DNA of 64,000 nt from Scyliorhinus canicula (lineage: Eukaryota). Below are positions 50,300 through 62,063 of the stretch, in pieces. Position 1 is the first letter of the stretch; each line of letters begins with the position of its first letter. Both the position numbers and the translations under genes were made by a program. The DNA lies in the NCBI RefSeq assembly GCF_902713615.1, contig NC_052166.1, positions 1,922,001 to 1,986,000 on the forward strand, in the 5' to 3' direction. The notes under the pieces were generated by a model, which saw nothing but the letters and a program-made list of their open reading frames with translations, was not told the origin of the DNA and did not search any database.

Positions 50300-50703
50300 T
50301 GATGTGTTGGGTAAGCTGGGTCTGCGAGGACTGCGTTTACTGCAGTGGTGAGAGAGACAGGCTTCCAACACTTGAAGAAATGCAACTCGATTTTATTGAA
50401 CTCTTAACTATCATACATGCTTTAACTGTGGGTTGACACTATGCTGACTTGACTGGAGGCTTCTGGCTAACCTGACCAGACTATCTTACTACCACATGGT
50501 GTTTGTTCTAGTTGCTGCTCACGAGGTCTGACTGTCTCAGTAGCTGGGTCCCGAGAGAGCGGGAAAACTAGTGCCCTCTAGCTTTATAGTGGCCGTGTCC
50601 TGTCTGGTGATTGGCTGCTGTGTTCTGTGTGTTCATTGGTCATCCTGTGTGTCAATCACTGCCTGTCTGCACTCCATCATATCCATGGATGTATATTATG
50701 GCA
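50300..50703 (-). mobile_element. Solo LTR (404 bp)
   Basis: TG...CA ends, perfect 5-bp TSD CACAG, homologous to 20699-21085. Confidence 0.88.
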
Positions 50704-52401
50704 CACAGGTGCAAGTTCTAAATTTAGGCAAGGATATTTTAATGGAATGAGTCAAGAACCTGCAAGGGTTGATAATCGTAGCTTATTTGAGGGCAAAGGG
50801 ACCACCGGGAAGTGGGAGACCTTTATAAATGAAATAGCTAAAGATCACGGTCCATATGTTCCTGTTGGGGTGAAGAGCAGCGATGGCAGGAGTAGGGAAC
50901 CCTGGATGACAAAACATATTGAGATTTTGGCCAGGAAAAAGAAGGAGGCATAGCTCAGGTACAAGCAGCTGGAATCAAGGGATTACCTTGAATTCTACAG
51001 GGGATACAGGCGTATACGTGAGAAGAAAATTAGGAGGGCAAAAAGAGGACATGAGGTAGCTTTGGTTGAGAGGATTAAGGTGAATCTAAAGGGATTCTTT
51101 AAGTATATTAAAGGAAAAAGAATAACGAGAGAGAGAATAGGAACCCTCAAGGACCAAAGTAGACACATATGTGTGGAACCGCAGGAGATAGGCGAGGTTC
51201 TCAATGAATATTTCTCCTCTGTGTTTAATGTGGAGAAAGACATGAAGACTTAGGAACCTGGGATGGTTAGTGGCGATATATTGGGGACAGTTCGCATTAC
51301 AGTAGAGGATGTGATGGAGATATTAGAATGTATGAAGGTGGATAAATCTCCAGGTCCTGACCAGGTATCCAAAAACTGCGTGAGACGAGAGAAGAAATTG
51401 TGGGAGCCCTGGCTGAGATATTTGCATCATCTTTAGCCATGGGTGAGGTACCAGAAGACTGGAGGGTAGCAAATGTTGTGCCCTTATTTAAGAAGGGCTG
51501 CAAAGAAAAACCTGGGAATTATAGATCAGTAAGCCTAACATCTGTGGTGGGTAAGTTACTAGAGAGGATTCTGAGGGATAAGATATACAGACATTTGGAA
51601 GGTCAGGGTTTGATTAGGAGTAGTCAGCATGGCTTTGTGCATAGGGGGAATCATGCCGTACAAATTTAGAGTTAGAGTTAAGAGTTTTTTGATGAAGTGA
51701 CCAGGAAGGTTGATGAGGGTAGGGCGGTAGGCGTACTCTCTTTGGACTTCAATAAGGCCTTTGATAAAGTTCCACATGGTAGGCTGCTCTGGAAGATTAG
51801 ATCACATGGAATCCAGGGAGAGCTGGCAAATTATATATATGATTGGCTTTTTGGTAGGAAGCAGAGGGTAATGGTGGAAGGATGCTTGTTGGACTGGAGG
51901 CCTGTGACCATTGGTGTGCCTCAGGTGTCAGTGCTGGCCCCATTGCTATTTGTTATCTATTATCAATGATTTGGATAAGAATGTACAAGGCATGATCAGT
52001 AAGTTTGCAGATGACACTAAAATAGGTGGTATTGTAGACCGTGAGGAAGGCTATTAAAAATTGCAGCAGGATCTTGATTAGCTGGGGAAGTGGGCCGAGA
52101 AATGGCAAATGGAGTTCAATACAGTATTTTGAAAAGTGAAATCAAGGTAGGACTTTCACGGTGAATGGTAGGACCTTAGAGAGTATCGTGGAACAGAGGG
52201 ACAGGTGCAGGGTTCTCCAAAGATGGAGACACATGTAGATAGGGCAGTGAAGAAGGCTTTTGGCATGCTGGTCTTCATCAGTCACGGCACTGAATATAGA
52301 AGTTGGGAAGTTATGTTGCAGTTGTACAGGACATTGGTGAGGCCGCACTTGGGGTTTTGGTTGCCATGCTTTAGGAAAGATGTTATTAAACTGGAGAGAG
52401 T

Positions 52402-53681
52402 TGTTATGGGCCAGGGTTCAGAACCCCAAAGTGTATCATGGAGTTCACCTGACACACAACTTTTAATAGATTGTGGTATGGGGAGCACACGGCCTACTCT
52501 ACAGGTGTGGTACAGCAGAAATGGAAAAATATTTTTTAAAGCAAAACAATGTTTAGTCTATGAACTCAAGTTAACCTTTTTAAAATATACAGTGAACATC
52601 TTAGCAACCATCAATTTGAATACAACTCCAAAGAATACAACACTAAGTAATCCTTGAGCTTTCCTTTTAACATCCGTAAGACTTAAAACAAAACCTTTAA
52701 CAGAAGTGCCTCAGGTTTAACTTCACTACTGAGAACAGTTACCACGTTGAAATCAGCAAATGGACATTCATGAGCTTGCAGAGATTCCCACACATCCTGC
52801 TGTGATGGCAGCTTCTCCAAAACAAAAATGAAACAAACCCACCCTGCAGCAAAAAGGCTAAAGCGAAAGTAAAAAGCTGACAGACAGTCCAGCTCCACCC
52901 ACTCTCTGACATCGCTGCAGTAATAAACACCCATTTCTTAAAGGTACACCCACTACAGTTATTCTATAAAACACCCCTTTCTAAGGTACTCTCACATGAC
53001 ACCTCCCCCCAAGAAAAAAAGAAAAACCATCAACTTCAAGATGGTTTCATTTTTCACCTTTTCACTATCCTTTAAGAAATGCACACAGTAAATATACTTT
53101 TTCGTTTCAAAAAACAACACACACAAACAGGTATAATAATATAGTCCATTTCTTTTTTTTTCCAACTGGAATCCCTCTTGATTGACAGTCTCTTTGAACA
53201 CTCGACGTCTCGGCATTTCTCTTTAATGTCAGATACTTTAGTTCAATCTGATCAGAGAGTCCTTTGTAATTCTCCAACACAGGAGCGTTGGTTATCACAG
53301 CTTTCAGGCAGTCAAATGCCTGTTGAAAGTCCGCTGTCCACTAAATTTTTGACGTTTCTTCAGCAAGTCCATCAGAGGAGCAACCACGCTACAAAGATTT
53401 TTCACACCTGTTCTCAAATCCACTCATGCCAAGAAATCACATTATTTCCCTTCGTGTCGAGGGTATTGGTAACTCCTCAATAACTGCTGGTTTCACATCC
53501 CATGGGACCATTCGACCCTATCCAATTGTATGGCCAAGGATAGTGACTTGGGCTTTTCCAAATTCACTTTTGGCTAGGTTTATCAATAAAACCTCCTCCT
53601 GACGTCCATCGAATAACTCCATCAGATGTTTTTTTAAATGTTCTTTCCATGTCTGGCTGAAAATGACAAGATCACATGACA
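52402..53681 (-). mobile_element. Internally deleted Gypsy element (complete 3' LTR 52402-53001, RT remnant, 10 bp of 5' LTR)
   Basis: PPT ggggggagg at 53002-53010; RT DLVIFS...LGHTIG...FLGMSGF...TNAPVL; tcacatgaca at both 52992-53001 and 53672-53681; 4-bp TSD GAGT. Confidence 0.8.
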
Positions 53682-53901
53682 GAGTGCAGAAGAAATTTGC
53701 AAGGTTGTTGCCTGGACTCGAGGGACTGAGTTAAGGGAGAGATTAGACAGGGTAGGACTTTTTATCTGGGGCATAGGGGGGACTGAAGGGTGTTCTTGTG
53801 GAGGTATATATGATCATGAGAGACATGGATAAGGTGAATGCACTCAGTCTTTTTCCCAGGGTTTGGGAATCGAGAACTAGAGGGCATCGGTTTGTTAAGA
53901 A

Positions 53902-56225
53902 CATAAGAACATAAGAACTAGGAGCAGGAGTAGGCCATCTGGCCCCTCGAGCCTGCTCCGCCATTCAATGAGATCATGGCTGATCTTTTGTGGACTCAGC
54001 TCCACTTTCCGGCCCGAACACCATAACCCTTAATCCCTTTATTCTTCAAAAAATTATCTATCTTTACCTTAAAAACATGTAATGAAGGAGACTCAACTGC
54101 TTCACTGGGCAAGGAATTCCATAGATTCACAACCCTTTGGGTGAAGAAGTTCCTCCTAAACTCAGTCCTCAATCTACTTCTTATTTTGAGGCTATGTCCC
54201 CTAGTTCTGCTTTCACCTGCCAGTGGAAACAACCTGCCCGCATCTATCCTATCTATTCCCTTCATAATTTTAAATGTTCTATAAAATCCCCCCTCATCCT
54301 TCTAAATTCCAATGAGTACAGTCCCAGTCTACTCAACCTCTCCTCATAATCCAACCCCTTCAGCTCTGGGATTAACCTAGTGAATCTCCTCTGCACACCC
54401 TCCAGTGCCAGTACGTCCTTTCTCAAGTAAGGAGACCAAAACTGAACACAGTACTCCAGGTGTGGCCTCACTAACACCTTATACAATTGCAACATAACCT
54501 CCCTAGTCTTAAACTCCATCCCTCTAGCAATGAAGGACAAAATTCCATTTGCCTTCTTAATCACCTGTTGCACCTGTAAACCAACCTTCTGTGACTCATG
54601 CACTAGCACACCCAAGTCTCTCTGCACAGCGGCATGCTTTAATATTTTATCGTTTAAATAATACTCCCGTTTGATGTTATTCCTACCAAAATGGATAACC
54701 TCACATTTGTCAACATTGTATTCCATCTGCCAGACCCTAGCCCATTCACCTAACTTATCCAAATCCCTCTGCAGACTTCCAGTATCCTCTGCACTTTTCG
54801 CTTTACCACTCATCTTAGTGTCATCTGCAAACTTGGACACATTGCCCTTGGTCCCCAACTCCAAATCATCTATGTAAATTGTGAACAATTGTGGGCCCAA
54901 CACGGATCCCTGAGGGACACCACTAGCTACTGATTGCCAACCAGAGAAACACCCATTAATCCCCACTCTTTGCTTTCTATTAATTAACTAATCCTCTATC
55001 CATGCTACTACTTTACCCTTAATGCCATGCATCTTTATCTTATGCAGCAACCTTTTGTGTGGCACCTTGTCAAAGGCTTTCTGGAAATCCAGATATACCA
55101 CATCCATCGACTCCCCGTTATCTACTGCACTGGTAATGTCCTCAAAAAATTCCACTTAATTAGTTAGGCACGACCTGCCCTTTATGAACCCATGCTGCGT
55201 CTGCCCAATGGGACAATTTCTATCCAGATGCCTCGCTATTTCTTCCTTGATGATAGATTCCAGCATCTTCCCTACTACCGAAGTTAAGCTCACTGGCCTA
55301 TAATTTCCTGCTTTCTGCCTACCTCCTTTTTTAAACAGTGGTGTCGCGTTTGCTAATTTCCAATCCACCGGGACCACCCCAGAGTCTAGTGAATTTCGGT
55401 AAATTATCACTAGTGCATCTGCAATTTCCCTAGCCATCTCTTTTAGCACTCTGGGATGCATTCCATCAGGGCCAGGAGACTTGTCTACCTTTAGCCCCAT
55501 TAGCTTGCCCATCACTACCTCCTTAGTGATAACAATCCTCTCAAGGTCCTCACCTGTCATAGCCTCATTTCTATCAGTCACTGGCATGTTATTTGTGTCT
55601 TCCACTGTGAAGACAGACCCAAAAAACCTGTTCAGTTCCTCAGCCATTTCCTCATTTCCCATTACTAAAACTCCCTTCTCATCCTCTAAAGGACCAATAT
55701 TTACCTTAGCCACTCTTTTTTTGTTTTATATATTTGTAAACACTTTTACTGTCTGTTTTTATATTCTGAGCAAGTTTACTCTCATACTCTATCTTACTCT
55801 TCTTTATAGCTTTTTTAGTAGCTTTCTGTTGCCCCCTAAAGATTTCCCAGTCCTCTAATCTCCCAGCAATCTTTGCCACTTTATATGCTTTTTCCTTCAA
55901 TTTGATACTCTCCCTTATTTCCTTAGATATCCACGGTCGATTTTCCCTCTTTCTACCGTCCTTCCTTTTTGTTGGTATAAACCTTTGCTGAGCACTGTGA
56001 AAAATCGCTTGGAAGGTTCTCCACTGTTCCTCAACTGTTCCACCATAAAGTCTTTGCTCCCAGTCTACCTTAGATAGTTCTTCTCTCATCCCCTTGTAAT
56101 CTCCTTTGTTTAAACACAAAACACTAGTATTTGATTTTACTTTCTCACCCTCCATCTGTATTTTAAATTCCACCATATTGTGATCGCTCCTTCCAAGAGG
56201 ATCCCTAACTATGAGATCATGAATC
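53902..56225 (-). mobile_element. 5'-truncated CR1, same subfamily as copy A
   Basis: ORFs 55706-56176, 55156-55713, 54262-54966, 53996-54265; TTAAGAA duplicated at 53895 and 56260. Confidence 0.92.
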
Positions 56226-56699
56226 TTTTTAATAGATTTCCACAGTCCCTTTACATTGATTAAGAAGGGAAAGAATTAATGAGAACCTGAAGAGCAACTT
56301 TTTTTACACGGAGGTGGTTGGTATGTGGAATGAGCTGCCGGAGGAAAGTGGTTGAGGCAGGGACATTGACCACATTTAAAAAGCATTTGGACAGATACAT
56401 GGATAGGTAAAGTTTAGAGGGATGTGGGCCAAATGCAGGCAAATGGGGTTAGTTTAAATGGGATTTTGGTTGGCATGGACCAGTTTGGATTGAAGGACCT
56501 GTCTCCGTGCCATAGATTCTATGATTCTATGATTACTTGTTTAAGTCATGGTGTTTGGATATAATGACCTTCTGATCTGTGTGTGAGACTGTGACCACTG
56601 GACTAACAGCCTGGGTCTCTGCTAGCACTGTCGCTGCTGAGAGACACTGCAGGAGCGGTGCATAGTTTCCCCTTCTGTGTCACACTGAGGAGGTGAACT

Positions 56700-56826
56700 A
56701 AATAAAAGAAAATTACTGCAGATGCTGGAATCTGAAACCAAAAAGAAGATGCTGTAAAATCTCAGCAGGTCTGGCAGCATCTGTAGGGAGAAAAAAGGGG
56801 TAACGTTTCAAATCCAGATGACACTT
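56700..56826 (-). mobile_element. Second short Penelope-type element (5'-truncated inside the hammerhead core)
   Basis: 14-bp TSD tgaggaggtgaact (56686-56699, 56827-56840); shares gaaacgtt...cagatgctgccagacctgctgagatttt with 48915-49032. Confidence 0.75.
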
Positions 56827-57246
56827 TGAGGAGGTGAACTGCTGTTCACCCAATGAGACATTAACTTTTTCAGGCGAATGTTAAAGATGTTGTGACTGTC
56901 GGAGGAAGAGGAGGGACTCCCTGGTAGAACGTCACCAACACCAACAGAAACAGATGATTTAATTCATGATGAAACTTCCCCTTGTGCGACAATCAGTGTA
57001 ACACGGAGAAGTAGAGAGGTTGAATGAGGTGGTTAGAGAGGTAGGTCTTTGTGTAATTAACACATTTCACCATTAGCTATCTCAACAGATATATCACATT
57101 GCCCAGGAAATCAGAAACATGATACAATTCAGTTTGTTGATCATTTTTAATAGATTTCCACAGTCCCTTTACATTGACTATAATATACAAACACTCCTTG
57201 AACAATTAATGAAGCTTGATTAATATTTGACATGACATTCTGTCAG

Positions 57247-57366
57247 GTGAAGACGGCTGCTTCTCCCTTCACTCAACAAGGTCTAATCTAGAGCAAAAGA
57301 CGGGAGAAGTATTCATTGTATCAAATATATTGATATTAAAACTGCTGCAAAAGAATTTCAAAGATG
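57247..57366 (+). other. Candidate host exon (unidentified gene)
   Basis: ttctgtcag acceptor, gtcagt donor, 120 nt open in phase 1. Confidence 0.25.
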
Positions 57367-57957
57367 GTCAGTGTTTGTTGTTCATGCTACTTCTTGGAAT
57401 CAAACACTCTCAGCACAGATACAGCACGCGGTTAGATACAGAGTAAAGCTCCCTCTACACTGTCCCCATCAAACACTCCCAGGACAGATACAGCATGGGG
57501 TTAGATACAGAGTAAAGCTCCCTCTTCACTGTCCCCATCAAACACTCCCAGGACAGGTACAGCACAGGGTTAGATACAGAGTAAAGCTCCCTCTTCACTG
57601 TCCCCATCAAACACTCCCAGGACAGGTACAGCACAGGGTTAGATACAGAGTAAAGCTCCCTCTTCACTGTCCCCATCAAACACTCCCAGGACAGGTACAG
57701 CACAGGGTTAGATACAGAGTAAAGCTCCCTCTTCACTGTCCCCATCAAACACTCCCAGGACAGGTACAGCACGGGGTTAGATACAGAGTAAAGTTCCGTC
57801 TACACTGTCCCCATCAAACACTCCCAGGACAGGTACAGCACAGGGTTAGATACAGAGTAATGCTCCTCTACACTGTCCCCATCAAACACTCCCAGGACAG
57901 GTACAGCATGGGGTTACATACAGAGTAAATCTCCCTCTATACTGTCCCCATCAAACT

Positions 57958-58245
57958 GAAGCACAGTGGTTAGCATTGTTGCTTCACAGCGCCAGGGTCC
58001 CGGGTTCAATTCCCACTTGGGTCACTGTCTATATGGAGTCTGCACGAACTCCCTGGGTCTGCGTCGGTTTCCTCCGGGTACTCCGGTTTCCCCCCAAAGA
58101 AGTGCTTGTTAGGTGAATTGGACATTCTGAATTCTCCCTCTGTGTACCTGAACTGGCGCCGGAGTGCGGAGACGATGGGATTTTCACAGTAACTTCATTG
58201 CTAACTTGTGACACGAATAAAGATTGTTAATATTATTCTTATTAT
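57958..58245 (+). mobile_element. V-SINE variant with cacagtaacttcatt tail
   Basis: Head, core and tail ending aataaagatt...(tat)n. Confidence 0.8.
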
Positions 58246-58477
58246 TGCGGCACGTGGTTAGATACAGAGGAAAGCTCCCTCAACACTCCCAGGACAGGTA
58301 CAGCACGGGGTTAGATACAGAGTAAAGCTCCCTCTTCACTGTCCCCATCAAACCCTCCCAGGACAGGTACAGCACAGGGTTAGATACAGAGTAAAGCTCC
58401 CTCCACACTGTCCCCATCAAACACTCCCAGGACAGGTACAGCACAGGGTTAGATACAGAGTAAAGCTCCCTCTACAC

Positions 58478-58729
58478 CAGGGGTGGGCAAACTACGGCCC
58501 GCGGGCCGCATGCGGCCCGCCAAAGGTATTTCTGCGGCCCACCAAGTCATTAAAAAAAAACGTCGAGGGCTGAAGGGCCTGTTCTGTGCTGTACTGTTCT
58601 ATGTTCTATATGAGGCGCCCAGAATCATAACCGGGTGAAGTAATTATTTTACTTAATATACTATGCGGCCCTTTGTGAATTGTGAATTTCTGAATGTGGC
58701 CCTTGCACGGAAAAGTTTGCCCACCCCTG
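58478..58729. mobile_element. hAT (Charlie-like) MITE, 252 bp
   Basis: 16-bp TIR CAGGGGTGGGCAAACT / AGTTTGCCCACCCCTG; 8-bp TSD CTCTACAC; carries a SINE tail fragment at ~58561-58610. Confidence 0.92.
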
Positions 58730-59842
58730 CTCTACACTGTCCCCCATCAAACACTCCCAGGACAGGTACAGCACGGGGTTAGATATAGAGTAAATCTCCC
58801 TCAACACTGTCCCCATCAAACACTCCCAGGACAGGTACAGCACGGGGTTAGATACAGAGTAAAGCTCCCTCTACACTGTCCCCATCAAACACTCCCAGGA
58901 CAGGTACAGAACGGGGTTAGATACAGAGTAAAGCTCCCTCTACACTGTCCCCATCAAACACACCCAGGACAGGTACAGCACGGGGTTAGATACAGTGCAG
59001 AACGGGACAGTGTAGAGGGAGCTTTACTCTGTATCTAACCCCGTGCTGTATCTGTCCTGGGAGTGTTTGATGAGGACAGTGTAGAGGGAGCTTTACTCTG
59101 TACCTAACCCCGTGCTGTACCTGTCCTGGGAGGGTTTGATGGAGACAGTGTAGAGGGAGCTTTACTCTGTATCTAACCCCGTGTTGTACCTGTCCTGGGA
59201 GTGTTTGATGGGGACAGTGTAGAGGGAGCTTTACTCTGTATCTAACCCCATGCTGTACCTGTCCTGGGAGTGTTTGATGGGGACAGTGTAGAGGGAGCTT
59301 TACTCTGTATCTAACCCTGTGCTGTACCTGTCCTGGGAGTGTTTGATGGGGACAGTGTAGCGGGAGCTTTACACTGTATCTAACCCCGTGCTGTATCTGT
59401 CCTGGGAGTGTTTGATGGGGACAGTGTAGAGGGAGCTATACTCTGTATTTAACCCCGTGCTGTACCTGTCCTGGGAGTGTTTGATGGGGACAGTGTAGAG
59501 GGAACTTTACTCTGTATCTAACCCCGTGCTGTACCTGTCCTGGGAGTGTTTGATGGGGACAGTGCAGAGGGAACTTTACTCTGTATCTAACCCCGTGCTG
59601 TACCTGTCCTGGGAGTGTTTGATGGGGACAGTGTAGAGGGAGCTTTACTCTGTATCTAACCCCGTGCTGTACCTGTCCTGCAAGTGTTTGATGGGTACAG
59701 TGTAGAGGGAGCTTTACTCTGTATCTAACCCTGTGCTGTACATGTCCTGGGAGTGTTTGATGGGGCCAGTGTAGGGGGAGCTTTACTCTGTATCTAACAC
59801 CGTGCTGTACCTGTCCTGGGAGTGTTTGATGGGGACAGTGTA

Positions 59843-60163
59843 CATAGAACATAGTGCAGAAGGGAGCCATTCGGCCCATCGAGGCTGCACCGACCCACTT
59901 GAGCCATTACTTCCACCCTATCCCCGTAACTCAATAACCCCTCCTAACCTTTTTAGTCACTAAGGGCAATTTATCATGGCCAATGCACCGTGATATCTTT
60001 GTGTCTTTGGTCTGTGGGAGGAAACCGGAGCACCCGGAGGAAACCCACGCAGACATGGGGAGAACGTGCAGACTCCGCACAGACAGTAACCCAGCGGGGA
60101 ATCGAACCTGGGACCCTGGCACTGTGAAGCCACAGTGCTAACCACTGTGCTACCGTGCTGCCC
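59843..60163 (-). mobile_element. V-SINE
   Basis: Complete head, core and tail. Confidence 0.88.
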
Positions 60164-60540
60164 ACGAGGTTAGATACAAAGTAAAGTTCAAGATAATGCT
60201 GTAAATTATGGTAAACCTAATTCCTTCATCTGCCTATTTTGTCTCTGAATCGAATTGATGAATATTGTTGAAGTCTCTGCAAAGCTGTGAATTGGATCTG
60301 TTCCTTTCCCAGGTTAATCTTCATAATTTAAATCCATGTTTTATGCCCAGGATTTGTCCCAATCAAAGTCTAATGATCTCAGTGCCTTACACTGCTCGAG
60401 GACATGTGTACTGTGGTTATGTGACTGCTGTGTCTGACTGACAGAGACACATCAGTTGAAAAGTGATTATCAGCAGGTTTAATGATACAAACCTTAATAG
60501 GTGATATTTCCATCCTTGATCATAAAATTATTATTTGCAG

Positions 60541-60704
60541 AACTGACTGGAACAAGGTTTCCCCTGTCTGTAAATGAATTGATAAACATGTTGAAGCTGT
60601 CACTTTATAAATCCCAACAGAAACTAAAGCATTTGGTGAATGTGGGAACAGAATCAGTCACAACAAAGAGAAGAAACTCACCTGCTGCACAGCTTTGTAA
60701 CCAG
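60541..60704 (+). other. Candidate host exon (unidentified gene)
   Basis: ttatttgcag acceptor, CAG|gtacag donor, open in phase 1 (ELTGTRFPLSVNELINMLKLSLYK...). Confidence 0.25.
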
Positions 60705-60939
60705 GTACAGACCTACCATCAACCCAAGAGCACCAACAATAACTCCAACAGCACAGACAATGGTCCCAATGTGGAGCTGTGGATCTGACTGATCTGTTTA
60801 AAATGTCAAAGAACAGCAGGTTAAATCTTTGTTTATGTTCACTGATCATCAGAATTCTCTCTTTCTCTGGTAGTCCCTCAAACTGAACCGGATGCTTGCC
60901 ATGGAGTACATCCCATAGGAAGAACCTGGGCATGGCTTG

Positions 60940-61286
60940 GGGCAGCACGGTAGCATGGTGGTTAGCATAAATGCTTCACAGCTCCAGGGTCCCAGGTTCG
61001 ATTCCCGGCTGGGTCACTGTCTGTGCGGAGTCTGCACGTCCTCCCCGTGTGTGCGTGGGTTTCCTCCGGGTGCTCCGGTTTCCTCCCACAGTCCAAAGAT
61101 GTGCAGGTTAGGTGGATTGGCCATGCTAAATTGCCCGTAGTGTCCTAAAAGGTAAGGTCAAAGGGGGGGGGGTTGTTGGGTTACGGGTATAGGGTGGATA
61201 TGTGGGTTTGAGTAGGGTGATCATTGCTCGGCACAACATCGAGGGCCGAAGGGCCTGTTCTGTGCTGTACTGTTCTATGTTCTATG
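60940..61286 (+). mobile_element. Young V-SINE
   Basis: Complete copy. Confidence 0.92.
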
Positions 61287-61635
61287 GATACGTTTAATGT
61301 CGGGAGGCTGTTGTCTTGCAGCAACCACACGGTGATCATCAGATTGGTACAGTGCCTCAGGATGATCCGAGAGGATTTAGTAGGTAGTGAATCTTTTTAA
61401 TTGAGGTGATTGTAAAAAGCAGCAGCCATTTTGTACTCTAGAAGCAGGGATGGGTTAAGTGATCTGTGAGAGTGTTCTTGACGGTGTTGGTTGTGGGAAG
61501 ATAGTTCACCAGGATGCCTGGAAAACTTTCTGAAGTATTTTACAATATTTAACAGCAGGACCTTGACGTACTGGCTCAGTTAAAGGATGCAAGCTTCAGT
61601 AGTGTAGTGCTGCCTCAGCACCCCACTGCTGAGAG

Positions 61636-61939
61636 ATAATAATAATCTTTATTATTGTCACAAGGAGGTTACATTAACACTTCAAAGAAATTACTGTGAA
61701 AAGCCCTTAGCCGCCACATTCCAGTGCCTGTTTGGGTACACGGGGAGAATTCAGAATGTCCAATTCACCTAACAAGCGTGTCTTTCGGGACTTGTGGGAG
61801 GAAATCAGAGCACCCAGAGGAAACCAACGCAGACATGGGGAGAATGTGCAGACTCCGCACAGACAGTGACCCAAGAGGGAATCGAATCAAGGACATTGGT
61901 GCTGTAAAGCAACAGTGCTAACCACTGTGCTGCCATGCC
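61636..61939 (-). mobile_element. Diverged V-SINE variant
   Basis: Core plus cacagtaa-type tail. Confidence 0.78.
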
Positions 61940-62063
61940 ACTGACATGAACTCCCAACCTTCTGAGTCAGAGATCAGCATTTCAAAAATGCAACAAACTG
62001 GCACACTGACCTAGCTGTTGAGGCAGGGCAGGGGGCCCGGGGTGGTGTTTTTTTATCCTTTCC

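Larger units (their letters stand above)
26858..56534 (+). mobile_element. Full-length CR1 LINE (5' UTR, ORF1, ORF2, tail) fragmented by nested insertions
   Basis: Pieces ~26858-26973, 27321-27346, 28053-29678, 39494-39796, 50267-50299, 50704-52401, 53682-53901, 56260-56534 join collinearly; flanked by gattacttgtttaa(a/g)tcatggtg (26834-26857 and 56531-56554). Confidence 0.75.
57405..59842. repeat. 69-bp minisatellite array (plus orientation 57405-58995, minus orientation 59004-59842), interrupted by a SINE and a hAT MITE
   Basis: Unit actcccaggacaggtacagcacggggttagatacagagtaaagctccctctacactgtccccatcaaac; ttagatacag at 57432, 57501 and 57570. Confidence 0.95.

Noticed and set aside
57371-59879. 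ORFs with HCPH repeats resembling zinc-finger proteins, and a CRISPR-like look
   Set aside because: They are translations of the 69-bp satellite. The units are contiguous with no unique spacers, and there are no cas genes in this eukaryotic context.
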